Assembly (NCBI RefSeq): GCF_009914755.1
Contig: NC_060941.1
Source of the DNA: the human T2T-CHM13v2.0 reference genome, Homo sapiens
Direction: 5' to 3' (one strand)
Length of the DNA stretch: 64,000 nt
A program made the position numbers and the translations under genes. Below are positions 1-13,891 of this stretch, piece after piece. Positions within the stretch are counted from its first letter, which is position 1; the number at the start of each line of letters is the position of its first letter. Below the pieces are notes generated by a model, which worked only from the letters and a program-made list of their open reading frames with translations, searched no databases and had not been told where the DNA came from.

Positions 1-174
1 TGAGTAGCTGGGACTACAGGTGCGTGCCACCACGCTCAGCTAATTTTTGCATTTTTAGTAGAGATGCGGTTTTGCCATGTTGGCCAGGCTGGTCTCAAAC
101 TCCTGACCTCAAGTGATCCCCCCGCCTTGGCCTCCCCAAGTGCTGGGATTACAGGTATGAGCAACCATGCCTGG
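1..174 (-). mobile_element. Alu, cut by window edge
   Basis: Alu consensus reverse complement (gtagctgggactacagg...gtgctgggattacagg). Confidence 0.97.
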
Positions 175-184
175 GTTAACTATA

Positions 185-548
185 GTCACCTTTTGAAACA
201 GACCTCCAGAACTTTTCGTCTTGCAAAACTGAAACTGTCTGCCTATCAAACAACAACTCTTCGTTGCTTCCACCTCTTGGCTACTCTTGAGTAGTGTGGC
301 TATGAACACGGGTGTACAAATATTTCTGAGACCCTGCTTTCAATTCTTTAGGATAGATAGCCAGAATTGAGATTGCTGGATTACATGATGGTTCTATTTA
401 ATTTTTTGAGGGGCTTCTGTACAATTTTCCATTGTGGTTACAACCATTTTACAGTCTAAGCAACAGTGCACAAAGGTTCCAATTTCTCTGCATCATTGCC
501 AACACCTTTTAGAAACAGTAGCCATCCTAATGGGCATGAAGACTATCT
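185..548 (-). mobile_element. L1M (L1MB-like) fragment
   Basis: ttccacctcttggcta, gctatgaacacgggtgtacaaatat, gattgctggat, gtagccatcctaatggg: antisense L1 ORF2-end/3'UTR motifs. Confidence 0.85.
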
Positions 549-774
549 ATAGTTTATTATGTCAAGCTTTTCTTCATGGTTATAAAAGAATATTGTGATG
601 AGTGATTTATCTATGTTTGCTGCTTTACTCCCCAGGGGAGGATGAGTATACCATATATGTCCATATTGATACCTATCTCAGAATACTGGTTGTACAAAAC
701 TATTCCAGGCATTGTTCTTCTTTAAGTATTTGGGGTGTTTCTTTTTGCTTATAATTTAGTACAAATGTTCTCAG

Positions 775-2130
775 TTCAGTTAATAATGAGTCCTACTGTG
801 TGGCAGTTGAGAACATGAAGATAACCAGAACACAGTTCCCGCCCTCAAGGGACTGATGAGAAGTAGCCACGTTTTGTAGGAACGGGCAAATGAAGTGGCA
901 AAGGAAGGTGGCCATGGGTTGCCATAGGAGCGCAGGTGAGGGATGAGGAAAGGAAGCACTAAACCAGGTCAGCTTGTGACGTGGGATAAAGAAGGCTTCT
1001 TGCAGGTAAAGCCAGAGCTGAATTTGGAAGATGGTAGGAGTTCACCTGCTAACCTGGGAGGTGTGAGTGGAGTGCCTGCGTCTGGACCCACTTTGAGCAA
1101 TTGGAAAGCCTGTATAGGAAACCATAGGTGACATGATGCCAAGTGGACATGACATTCAGGGAGATGATAGGCAGAAGGTGAGGCCAAAGAAGTTGGCTGG
1201 ATGTATGTCAGAGAACGTGGTTTTTATGCAGTCATTGATGGAAAGCTCATGACGCATTCAGTGATGTGGACGGCTTTGTGCTCTCTGCAGACCACTCTGA
1301 GGGCAGTGTGGAGGTGGAGGCAGAGAGATTAGGTAAGAGGTTTTTGTGAAAGTTCAAGTGAGATAAGGAATGAACTAGGGCAGTGGTAGTAAGAATGAGG
1401 AGAAGGGAGAAAACCTGCCAAATACTTAAAAAAATTAGCAGCCATATGCCGGTTAAGTGTATGAGTGGTGAGACAGAGGGAACATTGAAGATAACCCACA
1501 GATTTCTGGCAGTGGTTCCGTGATCTGAAATTAGGAATATAAGAATAGACACTGAGGGTGGACAGGATCAATTCCCTTTTGGACATTTTGGGTTTGATGT
1601 GTCTGTAGAAGACACAAATGGTGATGTCCAGTTCACCTTGGGTTTGTGAGTCAAATTTGACAGATTCAGATAGAGACACACTCTTGGTTCTTATTAGATG
1701 TATGCAGTAGTTAAAACTATGAAAGCAGATCCATCCCCTATGTTGGAGGGGCACAAAGAAAAGGAGCAGCCCACCAAGGAGCTGGAGAATGAGAATCGGG
1801 GTGGACCAAGAGGGAGTCGTGTCTCAGGGGCTGGGGAAAGTAGAAAGGTTCCAGAATGAGTGAGTGGTCAGGAACTTCAGATGTAGCAAAAGAGGTCTTA
1901 GAATGTAAAGATGGAGTCACTTGGCAGTGTCAAGATACAAAGACTGAATAAGTTTGGCAGCGTGGAGATACCAGGCCGTGTGAAGATCCTTAGGACCTTT
2001 GTCCAGGCGGTTTTAGGAGCTTGGTGGTTGTGGGAAACTAATTTCAGGTAAATGTTTATAATGGCAGTAGAGTGACTATGGAGTACTCCTTCAGGAAACT
2101 TAGAAGGAAAGAGAGAAAAGTGAAAAAGAG
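775..2130 (-). mobile_element. L2 LINE relic
   Basis: Purine-rich antisense L2 pattern (tttggacattttgggtttgatgtgtctgtag); minus-strand peptide HIKPKMSKRELIL resembles the L2 ORF2 motif HLKLNMSKTELL. Confidence 0.8.
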
Positions 2131-2319
2131 GCCAAGAAATTTTTTTTTTTTTTTTTTTTTTAAAGAATATGAGAGACTTGAGCATGTTACAGGGCAAGGG
2201 AAGAGGTTGTTGATAATTAAAGTAGCTGGCATTTTGGAGGGCTTGCTCCATATCACCTACATCCAACAGCTGTATATCAAAGAGCTCATCAAATCCATCC
2301 AACAAGTCTGAGGTGTTGG

Positions 2320-2420
2320 GACAATTACTGTTCCCAGTGTTATGAATGAGAAACTGAGGTACAAGGATGTCAAGTGGCTCTGGGTGACACCAGCAATAAG
2401 AGAGCCCAGTTTCTCATAAC
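2320..2420 (-). mobile_element. MIR fragment
   Basis: atgagaaactgaggtacaagg MIR core. Confidence 0.6.
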
Positions 2421-3812
2421 CTGTGTAGATGTCACCATTTACCAGAGCACTGAGATGTTTGCTGGTTTTGAGGGAGAAGTTGAAGATTTAGGGTAAAGAA
2501 GGAATAATTCATAGAACCAAGTTCTAGAAGACACTGGAAGAGATGGGCTGAAAGCTTTGTGAAATTTGTTTTTTTAAATGAAGATGAAAAGTTTAATCAT
2601 AAGGGAAAAATAGGGACAGTAAACAGAGTTGGATAGAGAAAGCTCCTAAATATTGGAGCCTGTCCTGGCTCTGCCTCCTGCAAGAACAGTGGTTTTGGTT
2701 TCTTTTCTGCACAAGGTGGTCCTTTTAGTCACATTTATTGATTGATTGGTTTCTTTATTATCACGGTTTGAGCTGTCATTGAGTATGTGACATTCTGTTA
2801 TTTTAACAGTGTTATATTAAGAATCTACTCTATGTTTGGGTTATTTTCAGTCCAGTGACTTAAATGATAGCATGCCCTCCATTCTTGGTGACTTGTGTTG
2901 AGAAATCTTATGCTGGGGACATATTGAAATTGTTGCAATGTGGTTTAATATTACATGTTTTAAAAGCTAAGAAGCTCCTATTAGTCTCTGAAATATACCT
3001 GGTTTCCAATTTAGTCTACAAAGGAGATATCATTCCTGACCCTGATTTAGTGGGAGAGACAGAGATGCCTATATATTGGATGATGTATTATTCCATACAC
3101 ACCTACATACACAGCTCTGTAATGTTTAGGAGGCTTCAACAATGGGCAGATAGAAACCTGCAGCTCCTATTGCATTATAGCTCCTAAATAAGGTGCTAGC
3201 ATGATTATTTGTGAATTTACCCTGTGAGCTATAATTCAAATCCTTGGCCAATCAAAGGGAAAAATAAATCACTGGGAGTAGTGTTTTACTTAAAACCCAT
3301 TAAAGCAATTTAAGTGAAAGTTTTTTTCAGGTATGAATACCTAGCTCCCTGCAGGAGGGCAAATGTTGATGTAGGGATATCTTTATTAATAGTCTTGGTG
3401 AAACTGAAGGAGAAGGCATACAATACAGTCTTTCACAGAACTCAGCAGTAGCCATAAATCCATTTATGAACAGTTCAAGTAATAGAGCTTTGAAGCATAA
3501 CATTAGTTTTCAATAATGATGTTATTCTTTTAAAAAATCAGAGGTTTAAATGTAATGCATGGGGAAATGGGGCATAATAAATTTGAATAAGTAAGCATTA
3601 CTTTTCAGTGGATCCAGCAGATTCCCTTATTATTTTATTTATTGTTCAGGTTGTTGAATTTTGTTTATTCAAATAGTAAATGAGACATAGTCCAGGGAAG
3701 AGCCCTTTGCTTATGCTATATGATTTAAGGCCAGCTGCCGTTTTTCCTGAGCTACATACGCTTCATCATGTTGGAGGAATCAACTTCAAAAGTCAGCTGG
3801 CTGTTCTGCAGA

Positions 3813-4432
3813 CAAGCACCAGACTTGTTATTCACCCTGAATCCTCAGCCTTAGCTCCCCAATCTCTGTTGCACAGAAAACTACAATTCCTGGGTGCCTG
3901 GAAAGAGAGGGACAAATATTAATTTGCATGACAGTATCCTGTGCAGGACCTCGTGCTAGGAGAAGCCCAGGAAATGTTTGTTGGTAGTTTTCACTTTGTC
4001 TTGCTAGAAAAGCCTCTACAGGAAATCTCCTCTGCTTCTAGGAACGTCAAATTTCAAATAATCCTGGCCAAGTAGCTGGTTCCTATTCTTGACTCCTTCA
4101 TGGGGGCGGCGGAGGGGAAAGCTTCCTATGATAATACATTGCAGCATTACGCTGCCCAAAGTGCCAAGGGCGGTTGGGTACTATTCTTAGTGTTTATGTC
4201 TTTAGTTCTTGTTCTTTTACTTACTTATTTTTGGCAGATTACTGTTTACAAGCCTCAGGAAGTTAGCAGCAAGCTTGTCCCTTAGTCCTTAGCAATAACG
4301 TTTGAGAATTGCTGGAACCTGTTTGTCTTGTTAGCAACTACCCAAATACGAAGAAGCAAGGCTGCAAGGCAAGCACCAAACTTGTTATTCACCCCGAATC
4401 TTCTGCCTTGGCTCCGCAGTCTCTGTTCCACA
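3813..4432 (+). repeat. Local direct duplication, 63-bp copies at 3813-3875 and 4370-4432
   Basis: Ungapped alignment, 55/63 identical. Confidence 0.9.
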
Positions 4433-4465
4433 CACTCCCATGCTGGCTGCTGGAAAGGATGGTAG

Positions 4466-4468
<3 letters not shown>

Positions 4469-4504
<36 letters not shown>

Positions 4505-4783
4505 AGACAGCGTTTCACTCTAGTGCAGGCTGGAGTGCAGTGGCACGATCTCGGCTCACTGCAACCTCTGTCTCCTGGGTTCAAGCATTTCTCCTGCCTC
4601 AGCCTCCTGAGTAGCTGAGATTACAGGCGCACGCCACCACGCCCGGCTAATTTTTGTGTTTTTAGTAGAGACGGGGTTTCACCATGTTGGCCAGGCTGAT
4701 CTCAAACTCCTGACCTCAAGTGATCCACTCACCTCGGCCTCCCAAAGTGCTGGGATTACAGGTGTGAGCCACTGCGCCCGGCC
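4469..4783 (-). mobile_element. AluS, full length
   Basis: Alu consensus, ~35-nt poly-T, ggtaggcc repeated on both flanks. Confidence 0.97.
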
Positions 4784-6315
4784 AAGAGAGGGGTAGGCCT
4801 TTTTGATGGGATGGAAACTGCTCTTCCTGGGATTTCAGCCCGCCCCTATCTCTCCCATCAGGAGAGAAGGCAGAGCACAGTGATTGTCCATGGGCTGGTC
4901 TCTGTTCACTTCCCCAAGGTGCCGACACTGCGTGCACTCCACACGTGAGGCAGGTGTGGGAATGAAGCTGCCTGAAGGCCGTGGGGATTTCACAGCTGGT
5001 GAACCTGCTGTCCCTGAAGTGCCATTACTTAAACCCAGAGTTTTCTGCTCACTTCTCATTTTATTGAAAATGGTGCATTGGCAAAGTGATGTTGAACTGG
5101 AACTGACAACCAGCATTGTCCCTCTGCTTTCCTCAGACTAATCCACGGGCTGTCCACTCCCCTGTGATGCTCTCTGGATCGGGTCCAGCCCTTGCTTTCC
5201 TTGGAAAACACTACCTATATTTAGTGGTACCACTAGATCTTCTAGCATCCGTTTTCTGTTGCTGCATATTCATTAATAATAGGGAGAAGAAAAAAACCAA
5301 CCCTTGTGTAATTGCTATTTGAATTTCACAGATAGAGTAGACATTTAAAGATTTAGTTGGCTTTAAAATGTAAATTTAGAAGTTCCTGGTAGGCAAAGCA
5401 TGTTTCTCTAAGGGTTTATAATCCAATCATTCAATCCCTATTCCTTTACATGAAAAATTAATCCTTTCCAATAGGTACAAATGCCTGAATGGAGAAGATG
5501 GAAGGTTCTTGGCAGATGGCTATCTGTGCTCTTCATTGGCAATTTTTTTTTTAACTTGAAAAAGTCAAGCATTTTGGTAGGAGAATATGCTTTGCTGGAC
5601 TCTGCCAAGTTTCTTGTGGCTGTGTTCCTATTAGTGGGCTTCAGGGGCTTCCTGTGGACAATTATTATGGTTGGTGTGGAGGAAAAATGGAATACATTAT
5701 TTTCATCTTTTCATTAAAAAATGTGGCTTCCTTCCCTTTTCTCCAGCCAGCTGTCAGATTTGAATGCCTGCCCTAGTTTGCTCTGTCATCATCGAGTTAG
5801 TGGGTTGAGTGATGGGAGCTGGCAGAAGCCCATTAGAATGATTGCCAGTTTCCAAACACACCCCGAATCCCTTGCTACAGATGTCTAGGAAGACGGGATA
5901 ACAGAAATTTGCCTCTGGGTTTCAGTACATTGATTTCTTGCTCATTTTAATTACAGGTCTCCCATTAAAGAACGGGGTGGGGGAGGGAAAGCAGCTTTGA
6001 ATTAAAAATGTGACTTATTTATGGGTTTAGTTGCTTTACTATGAAGACTTGCTCTAAAAAGAAAGTTTCATTGGATGCTCTTAAAGTTCTTTATAAAAAG
6101 ATCCCCATTGTACAGATGCTGACAACATTCCATGAACAAAAGGCTTATCTGGATCACCTAAAGGTCTGTCTGGAATCCAAAATAAAACTGGTGCCCAGGT
6201 GGCTAATTATCACTTTCTGTATCATGCCTGGAAAATACACAGCCTCCTTTGCCAAGAGTCTATGGCAGGGCAGAAAACGCTGCCCAGGCAGCTTCATGTA
6301 GCATTGTAGCTTTTC

Positions 6316-6319
<4 letters not shown>

Positions 6320-6356
<37 letters not shown>
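6320..6356. repeat. poly(T)37 tract
   Basis: Direct reading; no attached Alu body. Confidence 0.95.
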
Positions 6357-6360
<4 letters not shown>

Positions 6361-6928
6361 GTCATAGAAAAGATACCGGTGGATATGAATCCTTTGTGCT
6401 GAAGTTGGATGGCAGTTAGAACTTAAAATTTAAAGAATGCATTCGATCAGTTGGGCTAATCCGTTTGGGTGGTTGGAGCCTGATACCAGGTAGGTAAAAT
6501 TACACAGCCATCTACTTTCATTCTTTTCCACCCATTTGCCATGCCCTGCACTGTCTGCCAGGTGAGAGAGGGATGTCAGCTTAGTGCAGAGTTTTACCAC
6601 ACCTGGAGAAAAGAGCTCCTGTCTGCTTCTAAGGGACTGCGAATTGCTGGCAACTTCTTGATCTGTAGAGGACACTTCCTTTCCAGGAAATCTAATTTTG
6701 AGAAAACGATTGCACTTCTAAAGAGGTCTTTCCCGTGTGATCTCTAGACACTCTTCGTTGCTTTAAAATGAAAGCCTGGGTTTTAATATTTTTACATCAT
6801 TGCATAGATTCAGAGCAACTAATATTTTGCTTGTTCAGTGGACACCTTGTTGAAGTATGAGTAAATTTATGAATTGTAGTGTTTAGCCAACCTTTTTTTT
6901 TTTCCCATTGGTTTTATCCGTCTTAAAA

Positions 6929-7326
6929 AGGTTTGGATCTGTGCCCCACCCAAATCTCATGTGGAATTGTGATCCGCAGTGTTGGAGGTGGGGCCTGGTG
7001 GGAGGTGATCAGATCATGGGGGCGGATCCTTTGTGGATGGTTTAGCACCATCACCTTGGGCTGTTACTGTGATAGTGAGTTCTCGGGGATCTGGTGGTTT
7101 AAAAGTGTGTAGAATCTTCCCCTGACACTTGTGCCTACAAGAAAGCTTGCTCCGGCTTTGCTTTCTGCCATGATTGTAAGTTTTCTGAGGCCTCCCCAGA
7201 AGCCAAGCGGAAGCCACTGTGCTTCCTGGACAGCCTGCAGTACCGTGAGCCAGTTAAACCTCTTTTCTTTATAAATTACCTAGTCACAGGTATTTCTTTA
7301 CAGCAGTGTGAAAATGGACTAATGCA
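6929..7326 (+). mobile_element. MST (MSTA/MSTB-like) MaLR solo LTR
   Basis: ggtttggatctgtgccccacccaaatctcat...taaacctcttttctttataaattacc...ggactaatgca. Confidence 0.92.
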
Positions 7327-8518
7327 CCATCTATGCATTATTTATTTGGACCTAAATATATCCCAGGAATTGTGCTAGACTGAAAATATAGTTTGTATAT
7401 GCACATTTGAAGTTCATGTGATTCTGCTACTCTGAAAAATGTTTTGCATTTTTTGTTTAAAAAAAAAAAGTAGATTTCCTTTTCTTTACAGTTAAATTAG
7501 CATATTAGTTTAAAAAAGTGTTGTATTTTATGGTTCATTAACAGAATTTTACGATTTTCTAACTTGCCAAGGATTATGGTGTTTATTCTTGAACATTGCA
7601 AGCCCCATTGAAAGTTTGGATGTAACATAGGTATAGATTTTTATGTGTGTTTCTTAGAAATAACAGATAAGCAGTTTAAAATCATTGCTTCCATAAAAGC
7701 TGAAATTCGTCTTTTTGAAATAGGTTGGGTAAGGATTTGAGCATTTATGTAATTTGTTGTTGGAACCACCCATCCTCCATGGAGGTTATGCTCAATTACG
7801 TATTATAAAAATTGGCATTGACACTAATTCACTTTCTGTATCTCTTTTGGATAGATGGATGATATACAGCATAAGAAAGATTTACTGGAAAAGATGCTGT
7901 AATCAAAATAGGTTGTCCAAGGCAACTATAGGTTGATAGCGTGTTATTTGCAGATAAACTGAAATTTTGAAAGAAAGAATATTTGGAAGGAAAAGAATTT
8001 CAATCCGATTATCCAGTGTTTTTAGACCTTCTGGCTATGAGATTGAATTGACTATATTTCATTGACTGTTAATTAATTAGTACCTTTGTAATGGTATAAT
8101 TTAGAGAACTGCATTTTAGGGCATTACTTTAGTCTCAAGGTTGTCAAATATTGTAACTTGAGCTTTGAAAACTAGTTTGTAAAAATGAGGGAATACATTT
8201 AATCCATGTCAACTAATTTGAATCAATGACATAAAATACAGCTTGGGCATTAAAGCACCGTGTATATGTTTGCGTGTGCTTGTCTAACTGGGACTGTCTA
8301 TGTCAATCTTCTGTTACCTTATGCGTTGTTTGGTTTATCTAGCTTTTTAAAAAATTGGTTATAGTCTTACTTCATGCATTTTTAGCACAAATCTTCATTT
8401 CATTTTACCTTCACCAGTAATAAGAGCAGAAAAAGAGGTCAGCAACAAATAATTTGCTGCTCATTAGTTGAGTTGATGTGTGGGAAGTATAGCACTTTTG
8501 ATTGAAATGGTGGTTGTC

Positions 8519-8805
<287 letters not shown>

Positions 8806-9398
8806 AGAAGAAGAATAAATAGTGGTTGTCAGTTATCAGAAAACCTTAACTTTTTGGTAAGTTTTTGAGTTACCTCTTGTAAGTAAAGGCTTGAGGGAGT
8901 TTAGGAAGCACTGTGACGTCCACTCATGAAAGACAGAATATACCAGGGCTGGGATGGGATGGAGGCAGGGGGTGAATAAGACTTAGGGGTTCGTTCTCCC
9001 TTTCTCCTCAGGTTCACTTGTTGAAAGTCTTGGATGCTTCTGTGAGGCCTTAGGGGGTACCATGTCTAACTTGTGCCTTCTCTATTTTTGCATACAAGGC
9101 AGGTGACACCTCCTTGTCTTGGACTCCTGTGGACCATGTCTGTTCCATTGATGAATTAGCATTTATGATAGATTATTTTTCTAGGGATGGAAAAACTTAG
9201 GAAAGCCAATGCCTGTTGCCTGCATTAGTATACCTGATAGCTCTGTACAATATATGCTGTCACTCTCTCAGATGGATTGGAAGTATTAGAAACTATCAAC
9301 CTCTCAAAATTCTGTATTTGAAAATAGTCTTGTATTTTAGATAGATAAAATCAGAAGTCTTCAATATTCTGAGAGCTCCACATAGAAATCAGACTCAG

Positions 9399-9695
9399 GG
9401 CTGGGCGCGGTGGCTCACGCCTGTAATCCCAGCACTTTGGGAGGCCGAGGTGGGCGGATCACAAGGTCAGGAGATCGAGACCATCCTGGTTAACACGGTG
9501 AAACCCCGTCTCCACTAAAAAGTACGAAAAAATTAGCCAGACGTGGTGGCAGGCGCCTGTGTCCCAGCTGAGACAGGAGAATGTCATGAACCTGGGAGGT
9601 GGAGCTTGCAGTGAGCCGAGATCACGCCACTGCACTCCAGCCTGGGCGACAGAGTGAGACTCCGTCTCAAAGAATAAATAAATAAATAAAAGAGA
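9399..9695 (+). mobile_element. AluY-like
   Basis: gagatcgagaccatcctgg diagnostic; TSD agaaatcagactcag. Confidence 0.95.
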
Positions 9696-10318
9696 AGAAA
9701 TCAGACTCAGTTAGTAGATCGTGCTGGTCTGTCATCATCTACTTTGTTCACTCGTTCGTTTGTGTGTTCATTCCTTTGTTCAATAAACACGTACCAGCTG
9801 TTGGCCTCCTAGTGCCAGGTGCTATGCCAGGCTTGGAGTGAAGGTGAGGACTGGTTCAATATCTCCCCAGTCCCTTTCACTAAACTTTATAGCAAATATA
9901 TTAATGGATTTCTACCTTGGGAATCTCTCTTTAATTTTATAGGTGATACCAACAGAGATTTTTTTTTTTTTGATTAATGATTTTTTTGTTTGTGTTTTCA
10001 TTATTTGGGGATGCTTTTTCCTATTTATATGAGGAATATTTGTACATGATGAATACTGTGAACACTGCAAAAAGATTTCCCATGAATGAACTCACAAATG
10101 GAAACTCAGACGTGGCTGGTCTGTGTTGCTTGTCACTGAAAACTGGACTAAGTCATTATAGCTTTTCCTTGTTTGAGGGATCTTTTGCAGTTGCTGAAAC
10201 TGCTAAATAAACACTTCAATATAAGAAAATTACACCTTAGCTTAAAAAATATTGTTATTTTTGGTTTCTGAGAGCAGTTATATAAATTTCCTTCCAATTC
10301 ATTGACATTGTTAGGTAG

Positions 10319-10634
<316 letters not shown>

Positions 10635-10814
10635 TGAACTTTTGAACTTAACCAGTAAATTACTTTTTCATGTGTGCGCTCTACTCTGGACAGGAGTTTG
10701 CTTTTGCTTTGCCTTAGAGATGCCCTTACCCACCCACAGAGCCTGAGTGAGCTGATCTGTGCATAGACTTAGTATTTTCCATGTTTGATAATTGTATATA
10801 TTCTCTGTTAATTC

Positions 10815-11114
10815 TGTTTTTGTTTTGTTTGTTTTGTTTTGGGGACAGGGTCTTGCCCTGTCGCCCAGGCTGAAGTGCAGTGGTGCAGTCATGGCTCACT
10901 GCAGCCTCAACCTCCTGGGCTCAAGCGATCCTCCTACCTTAGCCTCCTAAGTAGTTGAGAGTATAGTTGTGCCCCTGTAGCACCAACATCTGGCTTTTTT
11001 TTTTTTTTTTTAAGATAGATTCTTTCTATGTTATCCAGGCTGGTCTTGAATTCCTGGGGTCAAAGGATCCTGCCAAAGTGCTGGGATTACAGGCATGAGC
11101 CACTGCGCGCAGCC
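10815..11114 (-). mobile_element. AluJ
   Basis: gcagcctcaacctcctgggctcaagcgatcctcc (AluJ diagnostic). Confidence 0.93.
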
Positions 11115-11679
11115 ATGCTTGCAAATTCTTAAGTCTTTAAAAACAGCAGTCTTTGGTCTTTTAGACACACTTAGATGTTTTGAGATTATCTGTGTACTTA
11201 TTGTTTTGTTAAAAAAACAAAAAACCATGAAAACCCATCCTGAAGTTTTAGTTTGCCTGCCCTCTGGGACAGCTATTCTCAAGGCATGGTCTGTGGACTG
11301 CCGGGAGTCTACAAGACCAGAGGGTCTTTAAGGCCAAACCACTTTTCATGGTAGTACTTAGATGCTTTTGTTGTTTTCACTGTTGACAGTTGCCCGAATG
11401 GTGCAAAAGCAGAGGTGGACGAAACTGCTTGTGTCTTGGTGTGAGTCAAGGCAGTGGCACAGCCACTAGCGGCCGTCCTGATCTTCCCCTCCCACCAAGT
11501 GCAGTAATAAAGGAAAAGAGTCAGTTTCACTTGAGAGTGGCCTTGATGAAGCAGTATTAATGTCATTAAACCCTGACTGGGCTGCAGGGATTCTTGTCTG
11601 AGCAATGGGCCGGCCGCCTACTTTCTGGTAATTTTTGAGAATATTAAAAAAACCTTACTTTTTATTACTTTTTAAAAAT

Positions 11680-12258
11680 ATTCTTTGTAATAAAATGAGA
11701 AGTATGGATAAAGTGCCTCTGGACACTGAGAGATCATTATTTTTCAGGAAAAAAAATCTTTTTTTTTTTTTTTTGAGTAATGAATGGAACTAGCCACTAT
11801 TTTCATGGAACATCACTTTTACTTAGTTTAATTAATTAATTTACTTAAGACTGGGTCTTGTTCCATCACCCAGGCTGGAGTGCAGTGGCACGATCACTGC
11901 TCACTGCAGCCTTGACTTCCTGAGCTCAGGTGATCCTCCCACCTCAGCCTCCCAAGGCACACACCACCACATCCAGTTGATTTTTGTATTTTTGGGAGAG
12001 ACGGTGTTTCTCCATATTGGCCAGGCTGGTTTTGAACTCCTGAGCTCAAGTCGTCCACCAGGCTTGGCCTTCTGAAGTGCTGGGATTACAAGCGTGAGCC
12101 ACTGCACCTGGCCTATTTTTAAAATTTCTATTTATTTATTTACTTTTGCACTTTTACTTAAAAGAGCGACTGACAAATCAGTTTTTCAGACTTGGGCATT
12201 TGTCAGACGTTTTCTTTAAAATGAATAAAGTTAAGGTGTCACTTCAAGGGAAATAACC
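11680..12258 (+). mobile_element. Charlie1 (hAT) internal fragment interrupted by an Alu
   Basis: ttttcatggaacatcacttttactt...gactgacaaa...ttcagacttgggcatttgtcagac...tcacttcaaggg resembles Charlie1 transposase region. Confidence 0.75.
11825..12113 (-). mobile_element. AluJ
   Basis: Alu consensus reverse complement with internal deletion. Confidence 0.93.
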
Positions 12259-13487
12259 CTGAGTATTTGTCCTGAGCCCCAAGTTTGTGAACATCTGCCC
12301 TTGGAAAATGGGAGAGTCCACACTAGGAGCTGCAGGGACCCATTTGCCCCACAAACTTCTGCAGGGGTTTATGTCTGAGCTATGTGCCACCTGCTTTCTG
12401 GTGTCCTTCCTTTGTGAATTTCCCAAGCGCTTTTGACTTACTTTAGTAGCGAGATGGCTGTGTTCTGGGTTTGGGTTAGTAGTTTCATGAAGATACACCA
12501 CCCTTCCTCTTCCTCTGATCTGTAAGAGATAGGAAAAAACCAAAGTGTTTTTCCTATTCTAATCCAGATCACTTCCTCCATGGTCTCTAAAACGTGAGGA
12601 TTTCTCCACACCAGCAGCCAATCCGTTCCCCAGCAGATACCAGCCATTAGAGATGGGAAGAACCGAGGCGTTCTTCCTACTCTGATGCACCACTCAACAC
12701 AACACTTCAGATACCAGATATGTGGAGATTCCGCACCCCCCACAACACACACACCAAGCAATTCTCCAGCAGACACCAGCTGTGTAGTTCAGTTCAGTTC
12801 TGACGCTGCCCACCTGGCAGTAGTGTCAGATCCCACAAGTTAAGGGCTCAGTCCCAAGAGACTACTGCTTCTCTCCTCAGATGCCAACGTAAATCGCCAG
12901 ATTGTGACCTGTGCTCCTGACTGACTGTCTCTAACTTTGGCTTCCCATCACCCCTTCTCAGGCTCAGTTCATCTACTAGGGCAGCTCACAGAACTTAGGC
13001 AAATACTTATATTTGCTGATTTATTATAAAGGATATTTCAAGGGATACAGATGAACAGCCAGAAGGAAGAGATGCACAGTAGGGCATGTAGGCAGGGGGG
13101 TGGAGTATCCATGCCCTTTCCAGATGTGCCAGCCTCCTGGCACCTCAGCAACCAGGAGCTTGTCTGTTATGTAGACATGATTGATTACATCATTGACCAT
13201 TGGTGATCAATTCAACCCGCAGCCTCTCTCCCTTCCCCAGAGGTCAGAGGGTGGGGTTGAGAGTTTCAGCCTCTAATCAGATGATTTTCCTGGCAACCAG
13301 CCACCTACGCATCAGGAGACTATTGAGGAGCCCACCAAGTATCGCCTCATTAGAACAAAAGAAGCTCCCATTACCCAACAGATTCCAAAAGATTTTGCAG
13401 CTCTGTGTCAGACACTCTGGTCTCTCAGGAAATTACAGAGCTCTTATGAGCTCTGTGTTAGGAACTGGGGTCAAAGATTAAGTATCA

Positions 13488-13783
13488 GGGCTGGGTGTGG
13501 TGGTTCACGTCAGTAATCCCAGCATTTTGGGAGGCCAAGGCAGGCAGATCACTAGAGGTCAGGAGTTCGAGGTCAGCCTTGCCAACATGGCAATACCCCG
13601 TCTCTACTAAAAATACAAAAATTAGCTGAGCATGGTGGCAGGCACCTGTAATCTCAGCTACTGGGGAGGCTGAGGCAGGAGAATCGCTTGAACCAGGAGG
13701 CAGAGGTTGCAGTGAGCCAGGATTGCACCACTGCTCTCCAGTCTGGGTGACAGAGTGAGACTGCATCTCAAAAAAAAAAAAAA
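13488..13783 (+). mobile_element. AluS
   Basis: Alu consensus, poly-A, TSD aaagattaa(g/a)tat. Confidence 0.97.
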
Positions 13784-13891
13784 AGATTAAATATGAGAAC
13801 GAAAGATGCATATAAATAGATAGGGACGTAATTTCCCTATCTATTTATAAGGGTTTCAGGAGCTCTACATCAGGAACTAAATGTATACCAG

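Noticed and set aside
6320-6356. Poly-T as a retrocopy tail or Pol III terminator
   Set aside because: No TSD, element body or upstream Pol III gene found
7855-7902. Short ORF MDDIQHKKDLLEKML after a pyrimidine tract
   Set aside because: Only 15 codons with no supporting donor or homology
11460-11478. CTCF-like gccactagcggcc
   Set aside because: Two mismatches in the conserved G-rich core
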